From: Octopus vulgaris
Lineage: Eukaryota
Reading direction: 5' to 3'
Assembly: GCA_951406725.2 (NCBI GenBank)
Contig: OX597840.1
Span: 18,662,001 to 18,726,000 of the forward strand
DNA: 64,000 nt
The translations under genes and the position numbers were made by a program. Each line of letters opens with the position of its first letter. Within the stretch, counting starts at the first letter, position 1. The notes beneath the pieces are model-generated. The model searched no databases. It had not been told where the DNA came from and was given only the letters and a program-made list of their open reading frames with translations. This document shows, in pieces, positions 38,688 through 50,962 of the stretch.

Positions 38688-41600
38688 GTTAATCATAGGC
38701 AGGTGGATTCATTTTTTTTTTTTCTCTTTACCTGCGTGAGTTGTTGAGTGTTGCTCTCTGGGAGATATCTTATGGTAATAGAGTAGTATTTTAACTGCTA
38801 TTTCTAAATTTTGGTATGTGGCGAAGTAAATTTTGCTGAATCCTAATCATAATTATACTCTTTTACTTGTTTGGCATTTGACTGCAGCCATACTGGAGCA
38901 CTGCCTTTAGTTGAGCAAATCGACCCCAGGACTTATTCTTTGTAAGCCTAGTACTTATTCTAGTGGTCTCTTTTACCAAACTGCTAAGTTATGGGGACGT
39001 AAACACACCAGCATCGGTTGTCAAGCGATGTTGGGGGCACAAACACAGATACACAAACATACACATATATGATGGGCTTCTTTCAGTTTCCGTCTACCAA
39101 ATCCACTCACAAGGCTTTGGTTGGCCCAAAGCTATAGTAGAAGACACTTGCCCAAAGCGCCACACAGTGGGACTGAACCCGGAACCATGTGGTTCATAAG
39201 CAAGCTACTTACCACAGAGACACTCCTATGCTCATAATTATAGAATTTTATACATACAGGTATGGGGAAAGAGGTTGGAGTAGAAAAGGTGCTTGTTGTG
39301 GAAGAGTTATATTGCAACTCACATTTTGGAGACAGGGAGATAATGAATTTAGATATAAATAATAATTTATATCTCCAAGTAGATATAAAATATTATTTTA
39401 TAGTGGAACTTGGAGCAGATAAAACTAGAATAATGTGCAGTGTTGTGGAAAAAAACTAAGAGGGAAAAAAAAAAATCAATAGAAAACATTCAAAGGTTGC
39501 ATGTGGGACAATACATCAGTCAGGTTAATACAAGTAGCATTTGACTTGTTACCACCAGGTCCAGTGTAGGGGTATGCACCAGTGCTGCACGTTGTGGCAT
39601 TCATCAGTATATTCCTGGGTGACCCATGGAGCAGAGTTTCAGTCAGTCACCATCTCTGCTAGAGCTAGAGACTCCTTATCTGCTTTGACCATGTGGCATG
39701 CAGTCAACCAACACAAGCCATTAAACCAACAGGATCCTCAGTGAAGAGAACACGGTAAGCAGGGTCTAGCTCAGAAAAACTGAGCAAAGGGGCCAAACAA
39801 ACAGGTGCTCCTGAATCAGACAAGTAACAGGATGCATCCCAGTCCCTGTGTAGAGTTGTTGGTTGGATATGAAGTCCCACCAATGGCAACCCAGAAGGGC
39901 CTGCTGAATTCTGGCTTCCACTCAAGGGGTACTTTTTTTTTTTTTTTTGCTTTAATTTCAGTAGTCTACATGCTATTATTTATAGCCTTATCTGCTTCGA
40001 GTTCCACTCTCTTTACTCTTTTACTTGTTTCAGTCATTTGACTGTGGTCATGCTGGAGCACCGCCTTTAGTCAAGCAAGTCGACCTCAGGACTTATTCTT
40101 TGTAAGCCTAGTACTTATTCTATCAATCTCTTTTGCCGAACTGCTAAGTTACGGGGACGTAAACACATCAGTATCGGTTGTCAAGCAACACTGGGGGGCC
40201 AAACACACACATATATACGACAGGCTTCTTTCAGTTTCCCTCTACCAAATCCACTCACAAGGCTTTGGTCGGCTCGAGGCTATAGTAGAAGACACTTGCC
40301 CAAGGTGCCACGCAGTGGGACTGAACCCAGAACTATGTGGTTGGTAAGCAACAGCCACTCTTAAGCCACTGTTGAAATTGCTAAATTCTCGTTTACTCAT
40401 TTCAGTCATTAGACTGTGGCACCACCTTGAATTTATAGTACTGCAGTACTAGTTTTTAAAAGCCCGGTGCTTATTTTATCAGTTTCCTTTTGCTGAACTG
40501 TCAAGTAGATGTAAACACACCAACACCAGTTGGGAAGTAGTGGTGGGAGACAGACACACGACAGGCTTCTTTTAGTTTCCATCTACTCAAATCTACTCAT
40601 AAGGCTTTGGCTGGCCCAAGACTACAGTAGAAGACACTCACCTGAGGTGCCATGCAGTGGGACTGATCCAGGAAGCATGCAATTATGAAGCAAGCTTCTT
40701 ACCATACAGGTATGTGTGTGTGTGTATATATATTCTTTTATTCTTTTACTTGTTTCAATCATCTGACTATGGCCATGCTGGAGCATCACCTTTAATCAAA
40801 CAAATTAACCCCAGGACTTATTCTTTGTAAGCCAAGTACTTATTCTACCAGTCTCTTTTGCCGAACCACTAAGTGACTGGGATGTAAACACACCAATATT
40901 GGTTGTCAAGCGACGGTGGTGGTGGTGGTGATGGTGGGGGGACAAACACAGACACACACATATGACAGGCTTCTTTCAGTTTCCATCTACCAAATCCACT
41001 CACAAGGCTTTGGACGGCCCGAGGCTATAGTAGAAGACACTTGTCCAAGGTGCCACGCAGTGAGACTGAACCCAGAACCATGTGGTCAGGAAGTAAGTTT
41101 CTTACCTATATATATACACACACACCACACACAAGTAGTTTGTTTGATAACCTGGATGTCCAGGAAGTCTCCAGGGTAACAAGACAACAGAGTCAGCCAA
41201 GGTAACTGGTATGGGATTGAGTACCTAACCGGATTTGTTCATTACCATGTGTGTGTGTATGTGTATACACACACACTTGAGTTTTATTTTCCCTGTTTGC
41301 CTCACTAAACCTATAAACAGCGATCCCTCAACTATCGCGGGTGTTATGTTCCAAAGCCCTCCCCGATAGGTGAAAATCCGCGAAGTAAAAACAGTACTGT
41401 ACTGTATTTTTATTATTATTTTTATAATTTCTATATATTTATTTTATTATAAATGCAACACAACAACATGGGGGAATCGACGTAAGCTTAAATAATAAAC
41501 CATATATATTCATTTTTTTCTTGTTTCAGTTATTTGACTGTGGCCATGTTGGAGCACCGCCTTAAAAGGGGTTTTAGTAAAAAAAAAAAATGAAATGATC

Positions 41601-41744
41601 CCAGAACTTACTTTTTTTGTAAGCCTAGTAATTATTCTATCAGTCACTTTTGTCAAATCGCTAAGTTACAGGGATCTAAACACACCAACATTGGTTGTCA
41701 GGCGATGGTGGGGGACAAACACAGATACAAAGACACACCCATCA

Positions 41745-41775
<31 letters not shown>

Positions 41776-43716
41776 AAGGGCTTCTTACAGTTTCCGTCTA
41801 CCAAATCCACTCACAAGGCTTTGGTCGACCAAAGGCTATATATTATCATCATGACTGTGTGGTAAGAAGTTTGCTTCTCAACCACATAGTTCTGGGTTCA
41901 GTCCCACTGCGTGACATCTTGGGCAAGTGTCTTCTACTATAGCTTTGGGCCGACCAAAGCCTCGTGAGTGGATTTGGTAGACGGAAACTGAAAGAAGCCC
42001 GTCGTATATATGTCTGTGTGTGTTTATTTGCTTCTCTGTGTTTGTACCCCCACCATCACTTGACAACCGATGTCGGTGTGTTTACGTCCTAGTAACTTTG
42101 CGGGTCAGTAAAAGAGACCTATAGAATAAGTACTAGACTCACAAAGAATAACTCCTGGGGTCGACTTGTTCGGCGAAAGGCGGTGCTCCAACATGGCCGC
42201 AGTCAAATGACTGAAACAAGTAAAACAAAAATACAAGATACACACACACATGGTTTTTGTGAATGGACGAGGTGTGACCACCAGTTTGTATGTAGGTAGG
42301 TAGGTACGTACATATATGTATGTATATATGCATATGTTTTATTTATTAATTTATTATGCATATATGTAGACGTGTGTGTGTATTTATATATATATATACA
42401 CACACATACATGTATATATGTATATAGTGTGCGTGTATAATTAAAAGCTTCCTAGAATCTACTAGAAATTACTATCACATTCGACTTCAGCGGAATTTGA
42501 ACTAAGGAAGACGACCGAGACACCGGACTGCAAAATTGCACTCGCGAAACCAAAACAATAATAATTAATCATTTATGCTTATCAAAAAAAAAAACAAATT
42601 TCATCCGATGGAGACTGAATGTCCACATCCGTCATAGAAGAAAGGAAAAAACAAAAGAAAAAGTGCAAGTTGAGACAAGCACGTTGTTTAATTCAATTCA
42701 ACCCTTGATCTAGGAAACCTATGATTAAAGACATTTCGCTTACACACACACACACACATATATACATATACACAAAGAGGAAGTATGGTATGTAGGACCT
42801 ACACTAGACACCAACCCAATCACCTGTCCTTCCTATTTTAAAAGGTATCGTGAAATTTGACAAATATATGGCTGTAATTGTCTCTTGCTGGCTTGTTGAA
42901 ACAAACATGTTGTTACTGAGGAGTCCCAGGTCAGCTCTAATTAAGGAGACATATAGTGTAAAGGTATTCTAGCCGTGACCACTTCATTTATTTTTATGAC
43001 TCACCCCCAATTTTTTTTTTTCTTAAGGTGGAAGGGTTGGACATAATCTGAAAAGGATTTAAGCTGCTACATCTAGTAAACCGAGACAGGGTCATACGTG
43101 GTCTCTGTTGTAACAGTCAGGTTTTCTCCAAGGATACTGATAACATAAGTGATAAATTTCCAAGTATGGGAAACGAAACCAAATCGCAAGAAACCGTATT
43201 GCTTTTAGAACGATAAGAGGAAGTCTGAGTAATATGAAAAGGGAAGGGTGTGGGCGTTACGTAGTTCCCGGAATTGGTAGAATGGTAACGAGTTCTTCGA
43301 CATGAAGCACGTTCTTAGAATTTATAATTATTAGAAGAGAGGATGAGGAGACGACGTGGTGGTCATGCCTTTTCCGAAAATTGGTGGCGAGAGTGAATAT
43401 ATGAAAACAGGATATGAACATTAAAGTCCAATTATCGCTCGAATAAATTGTATGGCACGCACACCCTCATTAAAAACCGTATACATCTATTTATATATAC
43501 ACACACTAGAAGCGAACATTATATATATCAATATACACATGTGTAGCTGTATAAACATACTCACTTTTCTTTTAAATAAATTACAAAAAATAGTTATAAT
43601 TCGCTTGAAAACAGGTACAATACAAAGTTGATGATGCCAAGAAAACTTCGAAGTCAGAGTGACTATGTATTTCTCTATCATACACCTATACAAATATACA
43701 CGTGTAGTTATGCCTG

Positions 43717-43750
<34 letters not shown>

Positions 43751-44142
43751 TGTATACATACTATAGATACACATTCACAGAGATAAACATCTGCAGAGGT
43801 ACATATATACAGAGAGATAAACACATATATTGTTCTTATCAGCTGAAATATGTTTCTACTACTGTAACACACACACACAGGGTATATAGATTCGTACACA
43901 AATTATGTGAGAGCGTGTGTATATATTTGTGTGTGTATCTTATATGATATTCACACGTCAACACCTATGACAAGTTCATAACAAACAGGTAAACAGGAAA
44001 GATATCCTCCACGCCCTACAAACCACATCAGACAATGCTGCCCTCCATAAACTCACACCCACAGACACAATAATAATGACAATAATATATATATATATGT
44101 ATATAATAATTAATTAGGAAACTAATTAAGGGAATCCCTTAC

Positions 44143-44843
44143 CCGCCGACGGAGGTCTCGAGGTTAGCAGTAAATGTCTGTATAATATTTTCGTCTCCTC
44201 CTTTACGAACATCAAACAGATGTGGAGGGAGACGTCGACGTCGTTGTTGTCGTCGGCAGTCATCGCTTTCATCGCCAGTCTGCCTCTCATCGACCTTGTT
44301 ATCGTCACACCCTGCTCCTGCTTCTCCTCGTTTTCTCTCCTCTCTTTCGTTTCCTTCTTCGTCTTGTTCGCCTTCGACCTTCTCAGTCTTTACCATAGCA
44401 CCATAGTCTTCCTCGTCCATGTCCGTCTCGATGAAGACGGCTGTCATCGAACTCATATCGTTCTCCTCATCTTCTTCGTCGTAACCGACTGGGTTCACAC
44501 CGACGTAACTGATGAAAGGTAACCTTTCATCGTCCTCATCATCACCGTCTTCGTCTTCTCCGTTATGATGGTGGTGGTGATAATGTGACTGCTCTTGTGT
44601 TTCGTCGTGGTGGTCCTCCTCGTTTTTCTGATAATATCCTCCCGACACACCACAACCACAGCTACCACCACCACCACATCCAGCACTGTCCGAACTGTTA
44701 GTAATGCTGTTATTACTGTTACTGAGAGTATGGTTGCTGTTTGTTGCAGTAATAATTGCAGTGTTCTCTCCATTAGGGTCGGTGCTTGTGCAAGGCCGAG
44801 GGCTGTTCGTCTCTTCCATAGTTATAAAGGAAGAAATTTCCAT
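44143..44843 (-). CDS. MTF1: MTF1 first coding exon (acidic, His/Cys-rich N-terminal region)
   Basis: Long GC-richer open frame (ORF 44139-44873). First ATG at 44843 (MEISSF), alternative ATG at 44819 (MEETN). Donor GG|GTAAGG at 44142; phase 2 joins exon 2 to give ...SVG-G-YIHNTIS. Confidence 0.8.
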
Positions 44844-45129
44844 GAAGAAGAAGAAGGAGTAGAGCTGTGACACCCTCTCCTACTTTGTTGTCGCCCTTAT
44901 GGCCTGAAAATATTGATTACAGGTGAATTAACGAATGCCTTAATGGTCCTTTCCAGTCTTCTCCGAAGACCACTTCTTTCGATACTGTTCCAGGACAGCA
45001 ACTAAGGCAAGCAAAAGGTGGCCAGCGAACAATACACTACACGATTTACGATTGGTTAAATTCCTGCATATTATCCAATCAGACGAGTTGTTATTTAACA
45101 CAATCCTTGTTCACATCTCTTACGCTATC

Positions 45130-45535
45130 TGTCTCTCCCTCTTTTTCTTTCCCTCTCTTTATCATATACGGTATCTCTTCCCTCTCATTCTTTCTCTCTG
45201 TCACTTACTTTCTGTATCTTTCCCCCCTTTATATTTCTCTACCTCTCTTTTCCTTTCTCTCTCTACTTTTCCTCTTTCTCTTTCTTCTCTCTCTCTTCCT
45301 ATATATGTCTCTGTCTGTCTTTCTTTCGCTCACTCTTCTTCTCTCTTTATATTTCTCTATCTCTCTTTTTGCTTCCCTCTCTACGTTTCCTCTTTCTCTT
45401 TCTTCTCTCTCTCCCTATATATTTCTCTATCTGTCTTTCTTTCCCCTCAACCTTCTTCTCTCTTTATATTTCTCTTTCTCTCTTTCTTTCCCTCCATATA
45501 TTTCTATATATATCTCTCTACCTCCCCTTCTATCT
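45130..45535. repeat. Polypyrimidine/polypurine (CT-rich) low-complexity tract
   Basis: Directly visible; contains an internal repeat (CTTCTTCTCTCTTTATATTTCTCT twice). Confidence 0.9.
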
Positions 45536-45681
45536 ATCAACCAATCACAATCACTCTCAGCTCTACAAACAATTCCTTTACCACAAAAAAACGGGAAGTC
45601 ATTCAGTAAACTAATCACTCACATGTAATTATCTCCCTTTAAAACCTTACCGCTCATCTGCGCAGTCGTGACAGGAAATCA

Positions 45682-45689
45682 TCCTTTTT
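45682..45689 (+). promoter_or_regulatory. TCT initiator / 5'TOP motif of RPS4 (predicted TSS at C45684)
   Basis: TCC(+1)TTTTT fits the YYC+1TTTYY ribosomal-protein initiator. ETS-like GGAA cores lie at ~45594 and ~45674, and a YY1-like AAAATGGCG at 46104-46112 in intron 1. Confidence 0.8.
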
Positions 45690-45706
45690 AGCTTGCGCCA
45701 TCCAAA

Positions 45707-45709
45707 ATG
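45707..45709 (+). CDS. RPS4: RPS4 exon 1 coding part (ATG only)
   Basis: CAAAATG|GTGAGT: good initiation context directly followed by a consensus donor, ~23 nt after a TCT/TOP motif. An ATG-only first exon is the known RPS4 architecture. Confidence 0.9.
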
Positions 45710-48627
45710 GTGAGTATCGTGATGTTTTTCTCTCTTCCTAAATCCACATTAATCTTAATTATTGCCACCATCATATACTTTAAATTCCACATTATCGCAT
45801 GCAATTATCCCCAAACTTTATTTACATGTTTATACTTATCGATCTATGCTGATTATTAACGAATAACATATAATATACTTTCCGATCGTGTTCTCATCTG
45901 GGCGATCAATGGTGCGCATATACTACACACTTTTATTTATAATTGCTTCGTTATCGTCCTTATTTTATATTTGATTTATTTTAGGGAACAGTAATCAATC
46001 ATGTTGTAATATATACTGATTAATTTACGCTCCCAGAGTTCTATTTATAATCGAATTTAATGATAAACCTTTAGCGCGTGTGTCTGAAGAACACCTAATT
46101 TATAAAATGGCGTCTCTTGCCAGTTTTAATTAAAACGTGCTTCGGGAACAAATAGCGCGAATTCATCGCAAATATTGCTCCAAATAAAGGGATCTACAAA
46201 TATATATATTCTAAAATTGATCTGTTTAATTTAGATACCGAACGATTCTTTTTTTTTCCCTTATTTTTCTAGTTGATAATTTGCAAATGTCTGATCTTAT
46301 TACAACACGTGTTATCCTCTCTTAATAATTATCGATTGCTTGCGTAAAATCAAATTTTTGTTTCTTAAATTGTCCTCTTAAACATAGCATGCGCATACGG
46401 GCGCAGTCCTGGTTGTGTGGTAAGTTTGATTTCCATCCACGTGGTCTTGGGTTCGGTCCTGCTGTGTGGTGCCTTGACCACCTTCCACGGAAGCAATGTG
46501 GGACAGAGGTAAAGAATACGTACACCACCCGTTTTCGGCGTAACTAAAAACCCCTAAACGCCGGGTGTACCTATTCTTTACTTTCGTCACGATGTGGGTA
46601 CTCGACGTGGATATTACTGTTTACCATCCCCATCCCACTTGATAACGGGTGTTGGTTTGTTTATGTCTGTAAATTAACGCTTAGGCAACAAAAAAAAAAA
46701 GGACCGGTACCAGATTTGAAATAAGTATTGGGGTCGATTTGTATGGCTAAACCCTTCGAGGATTTTCGTTTGATTGGTGCTCCTCGGTGTTGGTTTGTTT
46801 ACGCTCCCTTTCCCTAGCGGTTCGGCAGGAGGTGACCGATCATATAAGTGCCGAGCTTTAAAAAAAAAAAATCAGTACTCGTGTTAATTTGGTCACCGTA
46901 TTCGCAAAAAATTTCTGAAAATCCGGAATATATATTATGGGTAAATTAATGCCTGTGTCTCTATATATTTTTGTGTGTGTTTCCATGTACATCATCGATT
47001 TTCCGAATCACCCGGAACTTGTAATCCGCACAAATGTGGAATTGTCCGAGAGTTGTGGAAACAAAATTCACGACACCAACGTAAATTGGGTTGACGTTGC
47101 AAACACTATACCCTGTGTTTGTAAATAAAAGCAAATTGATTTACTTAAATATCGTTGCTATTTCTAGCTGGCTGAACAGCTGTGTTGCGGCAGGGATGTT
47201 ATTTTTTAGCCCCAGGCCAACCTTATGATCAAAGGTTCTTCGATTATGACAATCCCATCGGTTTTTTTTGGGGGGGGGGTTATGCTGTTAGATCGGGGTT
47301 GTGTGGCTTCAGTCGAGGGTTTTTTTTGCACGATCAAAAGTATTCCAGCTGTCACTATGTTGATTATTGTAAAAGTTATTTAAATTTCGTATGGTTTTTT
47401 TTTTGTGATGAGTAGCTGGCCGTTTTAGTAATCACACTGTAGAGTGATTGATTTTTTCGGAAGGGCCGCCAACATGGTGTGGCAACTCGTCTAACCCATG
47501 CTGGCTTGGAAAATAAACGTCGAGTGGATCGTATTTCCATGGACCTCTGTTTGATCCCCCGACTTATTGTGTTCCCATCGTAATTATCTAGGGAACATAT
47601 TTGGATTTATCTTGTCCTAGATAAGTTTCTAAAGTATGGCCAAAAGAGAATACTTTCTTGGTCTGTATGAAATTTATGGTTGACTCACAGGGTACAGAAC
47701 CAGAAATGGAGCTTTTCTGCAACAGAAAGTGTACAGTGTGTTCATTAGTTCAAATGTTAGGTGCTGGTGGATTAACAGATTTCTGTTGACACAGCAGCAG
47801 ATTAAGAGTAGAGTATATAGTAAATGTGAAGAATATCTGGGAGTAGAGGCAAGGTATTAATTTTTGCCCTGGCTTTGTACTTTATACAGGAGTAATAATT
47901 ACTTTGTCAAAGAGAATGTATCAAAGTCTAGTTACAGTCATGTGCTATTGGGTGAAGTCCATTCTAATGTGGTCACTGTTCTTAGTCATTGGGTGTGGAG
48001 ACTTGTACTAGAAATCATTCTGCTGTTTTGAAAAGTGGAAGGAGATAGTGGACAAAGGTAGCCCTGTATACACTGTGACTAAACATAAAACCAACTGTGG
48101 TGGCAGCAAGGAATGGTTTTTGATCAGTGAACTGGGTTGATTGATTGTGGTTTATGGCAGACTCAGTTAATCCTCCTCTCCATGCACTGTGTTGTAGTGT
48201 CCTGCATCCAGTCCATGATCTCACTAGATCTTTGTCTTCGTTGAACTATAACCTGGAACTGACCAAAACCATATGAGTGGATTTGGTTGATGGAAACTGA
48301 TAGAAGCCTGTGTATATATATATATGTGTGTCTGTCTGTCCCTCCACCACTGCTTGATAGCCAGTGTTGGTGTGTCCCCCCCATAACTAAGTGGCTTACC
48401 CTAGTTCTTTACTTTTGAAGAGTCTTGCCAAGACCCCTTTCTATCGTAGCCCTGGAAGGAATAATTACCAGGTTTACATGATAAAGCATTGGGGTTGCTG
48501 TCCCATTTGAAGCTGTTGTATTAACTTGGACAAATTTATCTTAATTATATAAACTTGCATTTGTGTTTTTTTGTTTTTGTTTTTTTTCGTTGCCCTTTAT
48601 TAATGCAAATCTCATTTTATATTACAG

Positions 48628-48708
48628 GGTTACAGAGGTCGAAGGAAGCATATTAAGCGTTTAGCCGCTCCTAAGCATTGGATGCTGGCAAAGCTCGGCG
48701 GTGTTTTT
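48628..48708 (+). CDS. RPS4: RPS4 (eS4) exon 2 ([27 protein letters not shown])
   Basis: eS4 N-terminal motif KH.KRL.APKHWML.KLGGVF. Acceptor TTACAG, donor GTAAGT; 81 nt. Confidence 0.95.
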
Positions 48709-50781
48709 GTAAGTTGTTTTGCCATTTTGTTTATTTTCGAAAATTAAGAAATCCACTTTGCAACCACATGGTATTATTATAAGTTCAATGTGTGAGGGGT
48801 TTTGCAAGTGTTGGTCAGACATGCAGTTTCATTTGAAAAGATGTCTGGACTATGAGAAAACATCACTTTGCTTGAAAACGTGTGAGAAGCAGTCTGACCC
48901 GTGACAATCTTGAAATATAGACGTTAAACTGATGGTGATGTATGTTTAATTTTAGATGCAGATCTTTGTACAAGTTGGGAGATGGGTGTGTTTGTTACTT
49001 CATTCTGAAGACTAAGTTTATAGTCTCATGGATACATTGACTTAAGGAAATCACTACCATCCCCATTAAACTTTGCTTTTCTGACCTGGGCATCGATGTT
49101 TTGAAACTGACCTATTTTCCATTACATTTCACACAGATTCAGTGCTGTGTTCCAGAAGCAGAAATATCGTTATAGCAAATATTCTGCTCAGTAGCACAGA
49201 TTTGCTTCTTAGTGGCTGAAAATATGTGCGTCTCTGATGAGCAGCAGAAGTGGGGACCCATCATAGCCAATTGTTAAGAGGGATTCTTTGGGGTTTGAAT
49301 AAGTGTAACAAAAAACAATTTTGATGAATTAGTTGAAATTGTGCTTGCAAAGCTTATTGCTCCACGTATCTGAATGACCACTAACGAATTATCTTTTTAT
49401 TTTTTCAATTAAAGCTAGGCATTTTAAGATTTGCAAATTAGAATAAAGGATTGAGTTGACCCTTTAGCATTTAAATCGGCCAAAATATTCCATCTACACA
49501 ATGTTCAAATTGGCTAGATCTAGCCTCTCTCACCTATCCTAAAATGTCATTCTAAAAACAATCACATCATTGAAATCTCAGTGCTACCATATATAATGCA
49601 TGGTTAATTCAAAGCTGTATGAATAAATAAGCATTACATTTCACAGGAATCTGGATGCTAAAGGGTTAATTATATACCATTAGCATTTGATTAGTCTTCA
49701 AAGATTAATCAGCTGTTAAAGTTTTGTATATGTGGTCTTTGCATAGCTTAGTTTCATGTATCTTGTCTTGGGATTATTGGCTGTCATTATCGTCAACATT
49801 TAAGAGTTTACTGGGCGCTTTTTACATGGCTGTGTGGTTAAGAAGGATCCTTCTCAATCATAGTTTTGAGTTCAAGCACTTGTGGCATTTTGGGCAAGTG
49901 AATTTGGTAGGAAAATAAGTGAAGAATGTATACATTTTTGGTCTCCTTGTCTAGACGTCATGTGATTGTTGTAAATGAATATGATTCATTTCTGAAGTTT
50001 TGCAAAAGTGTCTGGCCATGGGGAAGTATTTCCTTGTTTAGAAACGTGAGGGTTGGCAACAAAAGGGTGTCTACCTCATTAAACACCATCCAATCTATGC
50101 TTACATGGGAAAGTAGATGGTAAAATGATTCTGATGAATCACGAATTAGGAGGAGATTTTGTAAAATTAGGTTGGTGCTTTGAATTTAATAATGTTATCC
50201 TTTTGACATTCAGATTATTTTGTCAAATGTATTATTTATTTTGGAGTGTTTTGGAATTAATCACTTGGAAATTTTGTGATTTTATAAATTTTTGAAAATA
50301 ACTCTGGGGTAGGTGAAGGTCCAGGACTGACCAATGTTATGATATAAGGTAGAATATTTGTGCTGGATGTGGCTAGTTTGAATTTAATTTGTTTTGTCTT
50401 TAATTAATGGCAAGAGAGTAAGAAGTCCTTTCAATTATTTTGTGCAATGGGTGTTTAGAAAACATTGACTTGAGGGGATTTACTGGATTATTGGGACTTG
50501 GTAGGGGGTAGATACAGGGTGTTGGGAAGTAACATCTGCTGGCATGCGTTGGACAGTTTGATTGAAAACTGGTATGCTGGTGAGCTGCACCATGTTTCAA
50601 TCTGATTTGGCATGGTTTCTACAATTGGCTGCCCTTCCTAATGCCAACCACTTCATGAGTGTGGTGTGTGCTTAAGAAACTTAGAATTCATTTTGGGAGT
50701 TTAGGACTTAACCTGTTTTATTCTGGTTATGAGTTGCTGGTATTTTTACGATTACCTTTTTTCTTTCTTTCCTTCTTTCAG

Positions 50782-50962
50782 GCACCCCGACCCAGCACAG
50801 GACCCCACAAGGTGAGGGAGTGTCTACCATTGATAATTTTCCTCAGAAATCGTCTGAAGTATGCACTCACCTCTGATGAAGTGAAGAAGATTGTGAAGCA
50901 GAGATTGATAAGAGTTGATGGACAAGTCAGAACAGATCCCACGTACCCAGCTGGTTTCATGG
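50782..50962 (+). CDS. RPS4: RPS4 exon 3 ([17 protein letters not shown]...[11 protein letters not shown])
   Basis: Near-invariant eS4 sequence; acceptor CTTTCAG, donor G|GTGAGT; 181 nt. Confidence 0.98.

Larger units (their letters stand above)
44880..45700. promoter_or_regulatory. Divergent (bidirectional) promoter region between MTF1 and RPS4
   Basis: Start codons 44843(-) and 45707(+) are ~860 bp apart. CCAAT-type boxes at ~45051 (ATTGG), ~45075 and ~45541; CpG-rich flanks; a ~400-bp CT-rich tract in the middle. Confidence 0.75.

Noticed and set aside
42537-42543. MRE core TGCACTC in MTF1 intron 1 (autoregulation?)
   Set aside because: A single 7-mer is expected by chance; the TGCGC sites next to the promoter (TGCGCAG, TGCGCCA) do not fit TGCRCNC.
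45052-45628. Hydrophobic 173-185 aa ORFs between the genes
   Set aside because: Translations of the CT-rich low-complexity tract.
47405-47480. C box GTGATGA in RPS4 intron 1
   Set aside because: No D box or terminal stem at a suitable distance.
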